The notes under the pieces: generated by a model
The model's input: only the letters and a program-made list of their open reading frames with translations
Databases searched by the model: none
Told to the model about the DNA's origin: nothing
Shown here: one piece after another, positions 9,609 to 19,250 of the stretch
Layout: the number at the start of each line of letters is the position of its first letter
How positions within the stretch are numbered: position 1 is the first letter of the stretch
Program-made: the position numbers and the translations under genes
Assembly (NCBI GenBank): GCA_017547505.1
Contig: JAFYPO010000038.1
Coordinates: 1-64,000, forward strand
Direction: 5' to 3'
Source of the DNA: Oscillospiraceae bacterium
GTDB lineage: Bacteria > Bacillota > Clostridia > Oscillospirales > Oscillospiraceae
DNA: 64,000 nt

Positions 9609-10958
9609 TTAGTTTTCGTAGGTAATTTTGAAGCGAGACAGCGCCGCATCATCGTGAAGATTAAATCGGAGATACAGTTTTCTGCTCTCCGGCAGGCTCT
9701 CCCACAGGACAGTACGGTCGGTGTTGAGAAAATCAGCCAAAGCAATCTCCTCGGTAAAATTGGCACCATCATCCACGGAATACTGCACCCGGACATCCCC
9801 GGAGTATTCGGCTGTCAGCAGCTTAATGCCCAGAATGGTAATGTGGCTCATGTCAGCCACACAGTCCAGTGTTTGGGGATACGGATAAGCTTTCAGTATT
9901 GCCTTGACGGGCGTGGACTCTTCACCGGATTCCCACAAATACATCTGTGGATTTACAAGTGGGGTCAGAAGTTCTGCGGAAGGCAGTTCCTCAAAACCAT
10001 GCTCCAGAAATGCCACAGCAGACAGTTCGGTCAGTTCCAAAGCCTCCAACGCACCGTCTGTGATGGTGTAGAAGGTATCCTCCAATCGAAGCAGATACAA
10101 CTGCGAAGAAGCTCCTTCCTGTCGGTACGGCTCATATACGATGTTCCAGGTTTTACCCGCCGTATCCAAATGGTAAAAGCTGATCATGGCACCGTCCGTA
10201 GAACCGACATTTACATTCAGCGTTGTAGTGGTACTGTTGCAGACCAGTTCAGATGCGCCATAATTACCACTGGTCGGTGTAGTGATAATATTGAGGAACA
10301 TATCGTTATTGGAAATAAGGAACACCTCAAAAATCAGCCGGTTGCTGGTCACACGGTTGTTGTAAACGGTGTAACCTTCAAAGCGAATTTTGAGCGCCGT
10401 CATGCCATCCACAAAAGAAATAGACTGCCTGTAAATAGCGGTGGAACATCCGTCCCTTCGGCAGATTTTCAGCTGCTCACTGGAAGTGCCGAAGCCCAAC
10501 CAATGGTTACTGGAAATATAGATCGTGGATGCACTGATGCCGTTAAACTTAAACGATGATAGTCCCGTAGTACTGTAGGTGGTGTCATCGTTGTAGCTGC
10601 TGTTGACATAGGACATTCCTGCTGTGGTATTCAGATACGGGGTTAGAAGTGCCTTGGTGGTGCCCACCTCTGCCACCAAATGAATGGTAGCAGAGACGGT
10701 TTCTTCACCCTCCGGCAGCACAAATACCAGGCTGTCGCAAGCAATGGGTGCATCCGGGATATACGGCAATGTTCCCTGGTATAAAGGATCAGTGTCGTCC
10801 ACGGATGCCAAAATGGTAATATCCCCGGTATAGTCAGCAGAATCGAATTTATAGATCCGCACCGGCTTCTCCGGGGTAAAAGTTAAGGGTTCAGCTGTCA
10901 GAGCAATATCCTCCAGCTGACCCTTTTTCCACAAGTAATCGGTCTGTTCAATCAGCAC
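9609..10958 (-). CDS. Putative tail-associated protein
   Basis: 449-aa beta-rich ORF coupled to neighbouring tail genes. Confidence 0.6.
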   Translation of the reverse strand: MLIEQTDYLWKKGQLEDIALTAEPLTFTPEKPVRIYKFDSADYTGDITILASVDDTDPLYQGTLPYIPDAPIACDSLVFVLPEGEETVSATIHLVAEVGTTKALLTPYLNTTAGMSYVNSSYNDDTTYSTTGLSSFKFNGISASTIYISSNHWLGFGTSSEQLKICRRDGCSTAIYRQSISFVDGMTALKIRFEGYTVYNNRVTSNRLIFEVFLISNNDMFLNIITTPTSGNYGASELVCNSTTTTLNVNVGSTDGAMISFYHLDTAGKTWNIVYEPYRQEGASSQLYLLRLEDTFYTITDGALEALELTELSAVAFLEHGFEELPSAELLTPLVNPQMYLWESGEESTPVKAILKAYPYPQTLDCVADMSHITILGIKLLTAEYSGDVRVQYSVDDGANFTEEIALADFLNTDRTVLWESLPESRKLYLRFNLHDDAALSRFKITYEN

Positions 10959-12979
10959 AGTACCACCTCCAAACTTTCCACTCGTTCGTACGGTGTGGTG
11001 TCCACCGTCAAATGCTGCATTCTGCCGTGGTCGATTTCCTCTTCAGCAGATACAACAGCATAGTCACAGACCATGACAAATGCATCGTCCGCATTCAATC
11101 CCACCAGGGTCATATTGTAATGAGGAGGATATTCCGCATCGATGGTAAAGGTCTTAATGACCTCGGTTGCGGTAATACGCTCATTCAGCACATCATAGCC
11201 GAAAGCAACATCTTCAATGGCAATACGGGCAATAGCCTGGGTAACGCCGTGATAGTCCAACCAAGGATGGATAACCGCTGCACGGTCAGAAATTGCGGTG
11301 TGACCAAATGCAACATCAGCAATACCGATGCGGGTAATCACATCATTGATGGCAATGCGGCCATTCCAGTCACCGATACCTGCAACCAGACCCTGTCCGC
11401 TGATAGTGGCACGGATCTGACTCTCGCCGATATTTACGGTGCCGCCCTCCATAGAGAGGTACACATCGAAGGTGTTTTCGCTGTTCTCGATGATGGCAGA
11501 CATGGGATAAAAGAGGGTCAAAATGTGCTTGCCTTCTACACAGGTCATCTGCGGAATGAAGGTGTCCACAGTCTCACCATTGCTTTTGTAGGTTACCGTC
11601 AGCACAGGCTTTGACTTTTCCGTAAAGGTAAAGGTCACTGCGTGTTCCTTATCGACAACTCCGTCAGTGCCTTCTTCGGTATATACGGCTGTGCCTTCTA
11701 CGATTCTTTCTATATCTTCAGCCACCACATCAAGCAGGAATTCACCCAAGAACATAGCCGAGGTGCTTTCCTTTGCGGTGAAGGTGATGGACAGCACTTC
11801 CGTAGAGGACGAGCCGATGGAAAACGGAGATACGTTCATAAAGCTGTAAACAACCGTTTTGTTATTTTCCACCTGGTTCAGCAGACCTACGATGTTCTTT
11901 TCGTTTTTGCTCTTGGCAGAGGACAGCTTTGGGTTCTTGCCTACGCACTTGAGGTGCTGTTTGCCGTTAATGTTGTATGTGATACTGGTAATGCAGGACA
12001 CCTTGGTAGCATCCGCATGACCGCCCGTGAATTGCAAAATATCCATAGGATCGAGTGCCGGATTACCGATGGTGCTGCTGTCGAAGGGCACATATTCCAC
12101 CTTCGCAATGGCATTCAGAATGGCAGTAAGGATACGCTCACGGGTTGCCGCCAAGCCGAACTGCAACAGCGGATTGATGCCTAAATTCATGGTGAGCGCA
12201 TCGTCCGTTTCCAGAGCATAATATTCAGCCACTTCACGCAGCTGATTGGTGGAGGATACCGCTGTGTAGCGGGTTACGAAATCCGAATAGGAACTGGTGA
12301 AGCGTTCCTTCTGTGGAACGGTCATGACCGCTGTGTCGGAATACGGAACAAGCTGCAATTTGCCCTCACGGTTAATGAGGCAGACACAGCCAAGCACCTG
12401 CCCTACATAAAACAGAAGGTCACGATAGGTCTCCATATCATTTTCGGCATAGACACCCAGTGTTTCTCTACCGTTGGGCAGTTTCTCAATTTCAGTTTGC
12501 GTCTGCGCCAGTTCCACCTTGCAGGCGGTGCAAGCGGCCATCAGATAGTTGAATGCCGTACCGCTTGTGGCATTAAGGCTAAGTGCCTTGTCAAAGCGGA
12601 GCATATAGTCATAGGCTTTTAGTTCTAGGGTCTTGATATTGCGGTTCGCCTCAGAGACCTCAAAGACACCCATCGGAATGGACTCCACAGTTCCGTCCGC
12701 AAGGTAAAGATGAAAGAACAGCTTGACCTCTGCACCCTCAAGGGTATAGCGGTCAATGTCCGAGAACAGGCTGATACCCAGTTCGGCAGCATAAACCGTG
12801 CCCAGTTCAATTTCTGTAGAACCGCAGCATTGGCGGGTGATGTACCCGGAGCCCTTGACAATATCCTTGTTTTCAAACGAGTAGCGGATACCGTTTGTCG
12901 TGGTAATCGTACCCGTCCAGAAATATTTTCTTGTGTTACTTTCGATTGCCTCCATAAAGGCATTGGATACCGGATACAT
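10952..12979 (-). CDS. Minor tail/baseplate hub-like protein
   Basis: 675 aa, second gene after the tape measure gene; MYPVS, E.GTVYAAE and PMGVF.V pattern typical of this position. Confidence 0.7.
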   Translation of the reverse strand: MYPVSNAFMEAIESNTRKYFWTGTITTTNGIRYSFENKDIVKGSGYITRQCCGSTEIELGTVYAAELGISLFSDIDRYTLEGAEVKLFFHLYLADGTVESIPMGVFEVSEANRNIKTLELKAYDYMLRFDKALSLNATSGTAFNYLMAACTACKVELAQTQTEIEKLPNGRETLGVYAENDMETYRDLLFYVGQVLGCVCLINREGKLQLVPYSDTAVMTVPQKERFTSSYSDFVTRYTAVSSTNQLREVAEYYALETDDALTMNLGINPLLQFGLAATRERILTAILNAIAKVEYVPFDSSTIGNPALDPMDILQFTGGHADATKVSCITSITYNINGKQHLKCVGKNPKLSSAKSKNEKNIVGLLNQVENNKTVVYSFMNVSPFSIGSSSTEVLSITFTAKESTSAMFLGEFLLDVVAEDIERIVEGTAVYTEEGTDGVVDKEHAVTFTFTEKSKPVLTVTYKSNGETVDTFIPQMTCVEGKHILTLFYPMSAIIENSENTFDVYLSMEGGTVNIGESQIRATISGQGLVAGIGDWNGRIAINDVITRIGIADVAFGHTAISDRAAVIHPWLDYHGVTQAIARIAIEDVAFGYDVLNERITATEVIKTFTIDAEYPPHYNMTLVGLNADDAFVMVCDYAVVSAEEEIDHGRMQHLTVDTTPYERVESLEVVLC

Positions 12980-12992
12980 GGTTCACCTCCCA

Positions 12993-13355
12993 TCAGAATT
13001 CGTTAAGCGTAAAGGAAACCGTCCACAGTCCCTTGTAGGAAGTATCCTTCTCCAGCTTGGACTTGAAGCCGGTGATATACATTTCCGTTTCCTTGGTTGT
13101 GAGGGTTTCCGTATCAAAGTATGCTACGAGAATTTTCGGTTTCTTTGCGTAGGCGGACAGCTTGGCAAGCCAGGTGGGCGTCACAGAGAAAGAGACGGAA
13201 ATGGTGACCACTCCCGTCCGAACCACATCTCTCTGCTTGGTGCCCGCCTCGGTCTCGCCACCGCTGTCAGCCTCCACATCATTCAGATCCAAGTCGTAGG
13301 AGTTAGGCAAAGGCAGATTCTCGTAGTCAAATTTCAAATACTGTACAAATGCCAT
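12993..13355 (-). CDS. Distal tail-like protein
   Basis: Immediately follows the tape measure gene; ETEAGT..RDVVR...W.VSFTL.EF. Confidence 0.65.
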   Translation of the reverse strand: MAFVQYLKFDYENLPLPNSYDLDLNDVEADSGGETEAGTKQRDVVRTGVVTISVSFSVTPTWLAKLSAYAKKPKILVAYFDTETLTTKETEMYITGFKSKLEKDTSYKGLWTVSFTLNEF

Positions 13356-13356
13356 A

Positions 13357-16269
13357 TTATCGACCTCCACTTCTTAGATTTGCCCGCTGTTGGGCATTGA
13401 CGATAACCTCGTCCAGGAGATTGCCGCCAAGGTACACAGGGATAACGATGTCTCCCGTGTTGGTGGTTGTGCCTTGCAGTGCATCCTGGATGGCTGCCAC
13501 AAGTCCTGTCACCGATTCCCCGGAAACAGCAGAAGCACCACCCACGAGAACAGGCTGATTGATCTTCGGCTGAATGACCATATCTGTAGCCACACCGCTG
13601 ACTGCCTTCTGCACCAGACCACGGCTCTTTTCGATGCCCTTTGCCAAGCCACCCATAAAGTCCGGCATCCAACTTTCGTAGTCCGTCAGAGGACCCTCGT
13701 CGGGAACGGAGAAATGGAGGATGGAGCGAATTTTATCGGCAACACTGGTAACAGCGTCTGCAACTGCTTTGATACAACTTTTGATGCCGTTGACAATACC
13801 CATCACCAGGTCTTTGCCCCATGTGAATGCCTGGGATGCCAGACCCTTGACATAGCCAACAGCCTGTTCAAAGCCGGATTTGATTGTGGTATAGATTTGA
13901 CCGATTACATTTCCGATGGCGGTCTTCACATTATTCCAAATGTTCTGAATGGTGCTGCTGATGGTGTTCATCACGGAACTGACCGTAGAACTGATGCTGT
14001 TCCACGCAGAGGAAACGACTCCCTTGATGGCATTCAGCACCGTAGATACGGCATTCCGGATCGCATTCCATACAGTAGAAATTGCAGTGGAAATAGCGGT
14101 CAGTGCTGTGGAAATGGCATTGTAAATTGCGTTCCAGACCGTTGAGAACAGATTTTTGATAGTCTCCAAAATCGGAGCAAGGAACGAGGTAATAGCTGTC
14201 CATACCTCCTGCACCTTGGTGCGGATTGCCGTCCAGGCGCGTTCAATCAGAATCTGAATAGCCTGGAAAATGGTCTGGAACAAATAACGGAAAGCTTCAA
14301 GCAGAGGTGCAATGGTGTTGTAAATGCTCTGCCAGATGGTGGTGATGGTGTTCCATATGGACGTCATAACACCGCTGATGGCATTCCACGCAGCGGTAAA
14401 CACAGATTTGATGCCGTCCCACAATCCGGTGAAGAAGTCCTTCAGACCATTCCACAAGGTTTTCGCTGCACTGGAAATAGCCTCCCAAGCCGCCACGAAG
14501 AAATCCTTGATGGCATTCCACACCACAACTGCGATTTCCTTGATGTTCTCCCACAGGTCAATCCAGAACTGTCGGAAGCCTTCGCAGTTGTTCCACAAAT
14601 AAATAAACGCAGCCACCAGAGCTGCGATTGCCATAATAATCAGCATGATAGGGTTAGCCGCCATCACAGCATTCAGACCCGCAAACGCTGTTTTGACTAC
14701 ATTGAGTACACCGGCTATTTTGGGGACGATGGTCATAATCGTACCTACGGCAGATATGACCTTGCCGACCACAATCAGCACGGGACCGAGGGCGGCAACA
14801 AACAAACCGACGCCAATTATAACTTTTCTTGTACCCTCGTCCATTCCGTTGAGCCAATCGACAAAGGTCTGAATGGCTGATACAACGCTACGGATCACGG
14901 GCATCAACATTTCGCCAAAGGAAATAGCCAACTCCTCAAGCTGAGATTTCAGAATGGTAAGCTGACCCTCCAGGTTGTCCTGCATAATGGTAGCCATTTC
15001 CTCGGACTTGCCGTTACAGGTATCAATGGCAGAACTCAGCTTTTCAATATCTGCGGGGGCAGCATTCATCAGAGCAAGAAAACCGGACATGGCATTCTTG
15101 CCCACAAGGCTCTCGGCTGCCGCAGCCTGTTCGGATTCAGACAGGCCATTGAAAGCCACACGGCAGTCGGCAAGAATATCCGAAAGTTCTCTCATAGAGC
15201 CGTCTGCGTTGGTGGTGGCAATGGTAACCTCGCCAATGGACTCACCACAGATTTTGACCTCACCGGAGAGGTTGGTCATAATGGTACGAAGCGAAGTACC
15301 CGCCTGGGTAGACTTGATACCCGCATTTGCCATCAGACCGATAGCCTCAGCGGTATCCTCAACGGAGAAACCAAGCGCACCTGCGATAGGTGCTGCGTAC
15401 TTGAAGGTTTCACCCATCATAGACACATTGGTATTTGCGTTGGAGGATGCTGCTGCCAATACGTCAGCGAAATGCCCGGAATCGGCGGCTGTCAGTCCGA
15501 ATGCCGTCAGTGCATCGGTTACGATATCCGATGTGGTTGCAAGGCTCTCACCGGATGCAGCGGCAAGATTCATAATGCCTTCGATACCGCCGAGCATATC
15601 CCCGGTTTTCCAACCTGCCATAGCCATGTAGTTCATGGCTTCAGCGGCTTCGGATGCAGAGAATTTGGTCTTTGCACCCATCTCACGAGCCTTATCTCGA
15701 AGTGCTTCCAGATCATCTCCTGTTGCACCGGAAACAGCAGCCACCTGGCTCATAGCAGAGTCAAAGTCAGATGCTGTTTTTACGGCAGCAGTGCCAAGAG
15801 CAGTTACGGCAGCGGTAGCGGGCAAAAGTGCAGTACCGGCAGAGGAGATTTTATCACCCACACCTTGCAGCTTTTCACCTACGGCAGCTATTTTCTGGAC
15901 AGCCGTAGCGGATTCGTTTGCCTGCGCTTCCAAGCGTTCCAGAGCCTGCTCGGTTTCTACGATCTCACGCTGAAGTGCATCGTACTGCTCCTGGCTGATA
16001 TCACCCTTTGCAAGGGCATCATTGGCTTGCTCGGCGGCAGCCTTCAGAGTCTGCAATTTTTCCTTGGTCTCAGCAACCGCATCACCAAGCAAGCGGTGCT
16101 TCTGTGCCAGAAGTTCCGTGTTACCGGGGTCCAGTTTCAGAAGTTTTTCTACATCCTTCAGCTGGGACTGGGTATTCTTGATTTCTTTGTTTACGCCCTT
16201 GAGGGCTTCAGATAGTTTGGTGGTATCACCGCCGATTTCAACGGTAATACCCTTAATGCGTCCGGCTAT
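13357..16269 (-). CDS. Tail tape measure protein (TP901 family), probable ATA start
   Basis: TP901 core (FSASEAAEAM, AGTSLR) and Trp-periodic repeats; frame open 59 codons upstream of the listed ORF to (M)AGRIKGITVEIGGDT behind AGGAGGTG. Confidence 0.92.
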   Translation of the reverse strand: MAGRIKGITVEIGGDTTKLSEALKGVNKEIKNTQSQLKDVEKLLKLDPGNTELLAQKHRLLGDAVAETKEKLQTLKAAAEQANDALAKGDISQEQYDALQREIVETEQALERLEAQANESATAVQKIAAVGEKLQGVGDKISSAGTALLPATAAVTALGTAAVKTASDFDSAMSQVAAVSGATGDDLEALRDKAREMGAKTKFSASEAAEAMNYMAMAGWKTGDMLGGIEGIMNLAAASGESLATTSDIVTDALTAFGLTAADSGHFADVLAAASSNANTNVSMMGETFKYAAPIAGALGFSVEDTAEAIGLMANAGIKSTQAGTSLRTIMTNLSGEVKICGESIGEVTIATTNADGSMRELSDILADCRVAFNGLSESEQAAAAESLVGKNAMSGFLALMNAAPADIEKLSSAIDTCNGKSEEMATIMQDNLEGQLTILKSQLEELAISFGEMLMPVIRSVVSAIQTFVDWLNGMDEGTRKVIIGVGLFVAALGPVLIVVGKVISAVGTIMTIVPKIAGVLNVVKTAFAGLNAVMAANPIMLIIMAIAALVAAFIYLWNNCEGFRQFWIDLWENIKEIAVVVWNAIKDFFVAAWEAISSAAKTLWNGLKDFFTGLWDGIKSVFTAAWNAISGVMTSIWNTITTIWQSIYNTIAPLLEAFRYLFQTIFQAIQILIERAWTAIRTKVQEVWTAITSFLAPILETIKNLFSTVWNAIYNAISTALTAISTAISTVWNAIRNAVSTVLNAIKGVVSSAWNSISSTVSSVMNTISSTIQNIWNNVKTAIGNVIGQIYTTIKSGFEQAVGYVKGLASQAFTWGKDLVMGIVNGIKSCIKAVADAVTSVADKIRSILHFSVPDEGPLTDYESWMPDFMGGLAKGIEKSRGLVQKAVSGVATDMVIQPKINQPVLVGGASAVSGESVTGLVAAIQDALQGTTTNTGDIVIPVYLGGNLLDEVIVNAQQRANLRSGGR

Positions 16270-16346
16270 GGTGATTCACCTCCTAAATTTGAGCAAAAAG
16301 AAAGCACCGATCGCAGTTATGCGACCGATGCTTCGGCATATATAGC

Positions 16347-16601
16347 TTATTTGATTTTGGGATCTGTCAGAATTGCATACACATATGACGACCCCATGAC
16401 CTTTTTGCTGATTTGACCAGGGTTTCTCAATTCTCCCATGTTGTAAGCTTTGATGAACTCGCTTTTGGAAAGCGGAAATCCGGTATGCTCAGGAACAACC
16501 GCTCCTCCAATTATCCGATAGGTGAAGATTTTTCCCTTGACCATCTTGAACTCCTCACCCTCGCACCGAACGATGCGTTCCCATACTGCGTCAAAATCCA
16601 T
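16347..16601 (-). CDS. Hypothetical 84-aa moron protein
   Basis: GGAGG RBS, own promoter and downstream hairpin; AT-richer than flanks. Confidence 0.7.
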   Translation of the reverse strand: MDFDAVWERIVRCEGEEFKMVKGKIFTYRIIGGAVVPEHTGFPLSKSEFIKAYNMGELRNPGQISKKVMGSSYVYAILTDPKIK

Positions 16602-16636
16602 GCTGTTTACCTCCCGTTATTTTTCTTGATAATGTT

Positions 16637-16665
16637 ATTATAACGAGCAAAAACAGCAAAATCAA
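16637..16665 (-). promoter_or_regulatory. SigA-type promoter of the moron
   Basis: TTGATT-17 bp-TATAAT. Confidence 0.65.
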
Positions 16666-16734
16666 TTGGGGATGTATTGTTGTTTTGTGTTGTTTTTTCA
16701 GTAGTGTGAGGTGTGGTGTGATATAGGAGAACTA

Positions 16735-16899
16735 TCAAAATTTGTCAAAATCCTCCTGCGTTGCAAGAGTAGCGTATTTCGCATCATCGTTTCTGCTCTC
16801 TGCGTACATATCGTTGACCATACCAATGGTGAGCAAATCCAGGTCACGAATGGACAGGCCAAGCTGAACGCAGCGGAGCAGAAACAACGGTGTTGTCAT
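16735..16899 (-). CDS. Tail assembly chaperone T segment (reached by -1 frameshift)
   Basis: MTTPLFLLRCVQLGLS...QEDFDKF, open in the -1 frame from the A8C tract at 16920-16928. Confidence 0.75.
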   Translation of the reverse strand: MTTPLFLLRCVQLGLSIRDLDLLTIGMVNDMYAESRNDDAKYATLATQEDFDKF

Positions 16900-17270
16900 T
16901 TCGCGGTCAGTTGGGCGAAGTTTTTTTTAGACTCGATTTCCGTCTGGGTGTTCAGTCCCCACAGTTCAATCAACTGAGGCAGCACCTGGTAGATGGAGAA
17001 GGTATTGAAACCATCAAGCCAATCTTCGGGTGTGTCGGGAATCGTGGGGTCAGCGTGTTTTGCCATGACGTATGCGATGTTCTCGAACATTTCCAGAGAA
17101 AACATATCAAGCCCGGATGCCTCTGCGGAATTATCTCCGATAGAGGTTTCCAGGGCTTTCAGATCCTTGTAAATGTCACGATGGAACTTCATGCGGTAGA
17201 TGCGAGGAATGGCGGCAGATGCCCGGAAAGGCACCTGCTTGCCGTCAATCTCGATGATCTGTTTCATCAT
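16896..17270 (-). CDS. Tail assembly chaperone G
   Basis: Between major tail and tape measure genes; ends ESKKN on a slippery tract. Confidence 0.8.
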   Translation of the reverse strand: MMKQIIEIDGKQVPFRASAAIPRIYRMKFHRDIYKDLKALETSIGDNSAEASGLDMFSLEMFENIAYVMAKHADPTIPDTPEDWLDGFNTFSIYQVLPQLIELWGLNTQTEIESKKNFAQLTAK

Positions 17271-17273
17271 AAA

Positions 17274-17855
17274 TTAACCCTCCCCATCATCCAAGGAAGG
17301 CATATACACCGCCTTGTACCAATCAGCGTAGACGGTAGCATCGGTGGTATTGCCGGTCTTTGCCTTGACCATACCGTTTGCCAAAGGAGTAGCCTTGATG
17401 GTGAGGGTTTCAGTCTGCACCTCACGGGAATCCTCGTTGGTCTTGCCCTCAATACCGGGACGGGATGCGGCGCAGTTGTAAAGCACATGACGGATATGCT
17501 TCTGGTCACCATCGAACTCAAACAGAAGTGCGAAGGAAGCCAGTTCTACATCGGCATTTTCGATGAGGACACCCTTGGCATCCAACTCTTCCTTGAGGAC
17601 ATCGGTGCGGAAGGATTCGGGAATGATAGCCAGTTCCAAATCACCGTCATAGCCCATATTGTTGTTGATGACATAGTAGGCAACGCCATCCGCATAGAAG
17701 TTTTCAGGCTCACCGTTGGCATCAAGGGAGATGGAAACGGAACCGGGCATGGGGACGGGAGTGCCGTAAGAAACAGTGCCACTTTCGGCAATCGTTAGGA
17801 GCGCATAGTGCGCGTTCTTAAGGTTGTATTTGACCTTGTTGTTCTTATCTGCCAT
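17274..17855 (-). CDS. Major tail protein (phi13 family)
   Basis: NKVKY.LKN.HYA, FYAD, GY.G.LE, FAL.FE, LYNC...RP. Confidence 0.9.
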   Translation of the reverse strand: MADKNNKVKYNLKNAHYALLTIAESGTVSYGTPVPMPGSVSISLDANGEPENFYADGVAYYVINNNMGYDGDLELAIIPESFRTDVLKEELDAKGVLIENADVELASFALLFEFDGDQKHIRHVLYNCAASRPGIEGKTNEDSREVQTETLTIKATPLANGMVKAKTGNTTDATVYADWYKAVYMPSLDDGEG

Positions 17856-17858
17856 TTG

Positions 17859-18176
17859 TCAGACCTCCATTTCAAAAGTGTATAGGACTTCATAGAGCCG
17901 TTCGCTTTCAATCCAAACCTCGGATTTTTGATAGAAAATGCCGTGACTGTCAAGCACGGCCTCTACAGCGGATTCCACCGACAAGTCCTTCAAATCGGTG
18001 TACAACTCAATGTGAACTTCAGAGATTTTGTAGTAGACCCTGCCATCTGCGGAGAAGTTATGACTGCCGGGCAGCAGATAGCAAATAAAGGGTGGGTCCG
18101 GGGATTCGCCTTCAGCAAAATGGTCATAGGCAAAGGGAATCTGCATTTCACCCAGCATCAGTAATAGTTCATCCAT
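17859..18176 (-). CDS. Tail terminator/completion protein
   Basis: P.PPFI.Y, NF.ADG, IELYT, WIESE.LYE; position before the major tail gene. Confidence 0.75.
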   Translation of the reverse strand: MDELLLMLGEMQIPFAYDHFAEGESPDPPFICYLLPGSHNFSADGRVYYKISEVHIELYTDLKDLSVESAVEAVLDSHGIFYQKSEVWIESERLYEVLYTFEMEV

Positions 18177-18180
18177 GTGA

Positions 18181-18561
18181 TTAACCTCCCAGAGCCTTTT
18201 CGATTGCGTCCTCCAACTGATCAATGCCCATCTGCTCTGCAGGAGCAATGTGCGATTTGCCGGAGACTCTGCCGCCACCACGCTTGGCATGACCGTGTTC
18301 CAAAAGGTGCGCCAACTGATAGCGGTTCTTGGAATGTACGGTCTGTTCCAGACTGTTAGCTGTTTCGCGCACGGTTTTGACCGCCCAACTTTTGCTGTAA
18401 GTACCGGATTTCTGCGGTGCGCCTGCCTGGATTTCCTTTTTCACAGTCTTGCTTGCTGCCTTCACAGCCTTTTTCATATCCTCGGTGGCAAGTTCGGCAT
18501 ACTCATTGAGACCTTGCATAATGGCATCTGCCATCTGGTCGATACGAATCGTACTTCCCAT
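18181..18561 (-). CDS. HK97 gp10-family tail completion protein
   Basis: AP..SG.Y.KSW, L.HLLE.GH...GGRV...HI.PA. Confidence 0.85.
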   Translation of the reverse strand: MGSTIRIDQMADAIMQGLNEYAELATEDMKKAVKAASKTVKKEIQAGAPQKSGTYSKSWAVKTVRETANSLEQTVHSKNRYQLAHLLEHGHAKRGGGRVSGKSHIAPAEQMGIDQLEDAIEKALGG

Positions 18562-18904
18562 ATCCAGCCCTCACTTTCTCGCATTTGAATTTCAGAGCGT
18601 GTTTCTTCATGTTCAAATGGTCGATTTTGATGATGTTGTATGCCTCGCCGTTCCAAAGGACGCGGTATCCGGTGGTGGTAACAGCCATAGCCTTTTTGCA
18701 GTAGCGGACAGTAAAGCTGATATCGGAAGTGTCCACGATCAGACCCGCCACAGCATCCTCGGCATTGCTTTTGCCCATCGAATCACTGAGGGTAGCAAAG
18801 CAGGAATAATAGTCCGTCCAGGTGTTTGTGCGGTTGCCGATTTTGTCGGTGGCCACAGTATTTTTCTGAATTGTGATACGGACATTCATTGCAGCGATAT
18901 CCAT
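18503..18904 (-). CDS. Head closure (head-tail adaptor) protein
   Basis: RITIQK...D..GN...W, FTVRY, RV...G..YNI; position. Confidence 0.8.
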   Translation of the reverse strand: MDIAAMNVRITIQKNTVATDKIGNRTNTWTDYYSCFATLSDSMGKSNAEDAVAGLIVDTSDISFTVRYCKKAMAVTTTGYRVLWNGEAYNIIKIDHLNMKKHALKFKCEKVRAGYGKYDSYRPDGRCHYARSQ

Positions 18905-19179
18905 CAGAATACCTCCTTGCGTGAGCCGAAGAGCAGCGCCCGGAGGGTCAAGGTGAGTTCGTGGTGATTAGCCTTTTCACGATGTTCATACAAATATGCC
19001 GCCGCATACATCACCGCAATACGGCTGTTGGCTACGATGGCAAAATCGTCTGCATCCTCGATGCGGGCTATGTCCATGCAGAGAGCCTGGGCGCTTTCAA
19101 TGAAGGCAGAAAGAATGCTGTCATCATCATCGAAGTCCACACGCAGATAGGTTTTCATTTCTTCCAGTGTTACGAGCAT
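18904..19179 (-). CDS. Head-tail connector (gp6-like)
   Basis: VTLEE.K.YLRVD..DDD, A.LYEHRE. Confidence 0.88.
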   Translation of the reverse strand: MLVTLEEMKTYLRVDFDDDDSILSAFIESAQALCMDIARIEDADDFAIVANSRIAVMYAAAYLYEHREKANHHELTLTLRALLFGSRKEVF

Positions 19180-19250
19180 TTCTTTTCACCTCTCTCAAAA
19201 GAATGGCGATGCCACCCGATTAAAGGGCAGCACCGCCGTTGTGGGTTACA

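Noticed and set aside
7733-10559. Plus-strand ORFs of 383 and 370 aa, and many similar antisense ORFs across the prophage
   Set aside because: Opposite well-supported phage genes and lacking recognisable domains
8195-12979. Diversity-generating retroelement or shufflon acting on tail genes
   Set aside because: No reverse transcriptase, template/variable repeat pair or inverted tail cassettes noticed
13740-14640. Periodic repeats in the tape measure gene
   Set aside because: Ordinary Trp/Phe-spaced tape measure repeats
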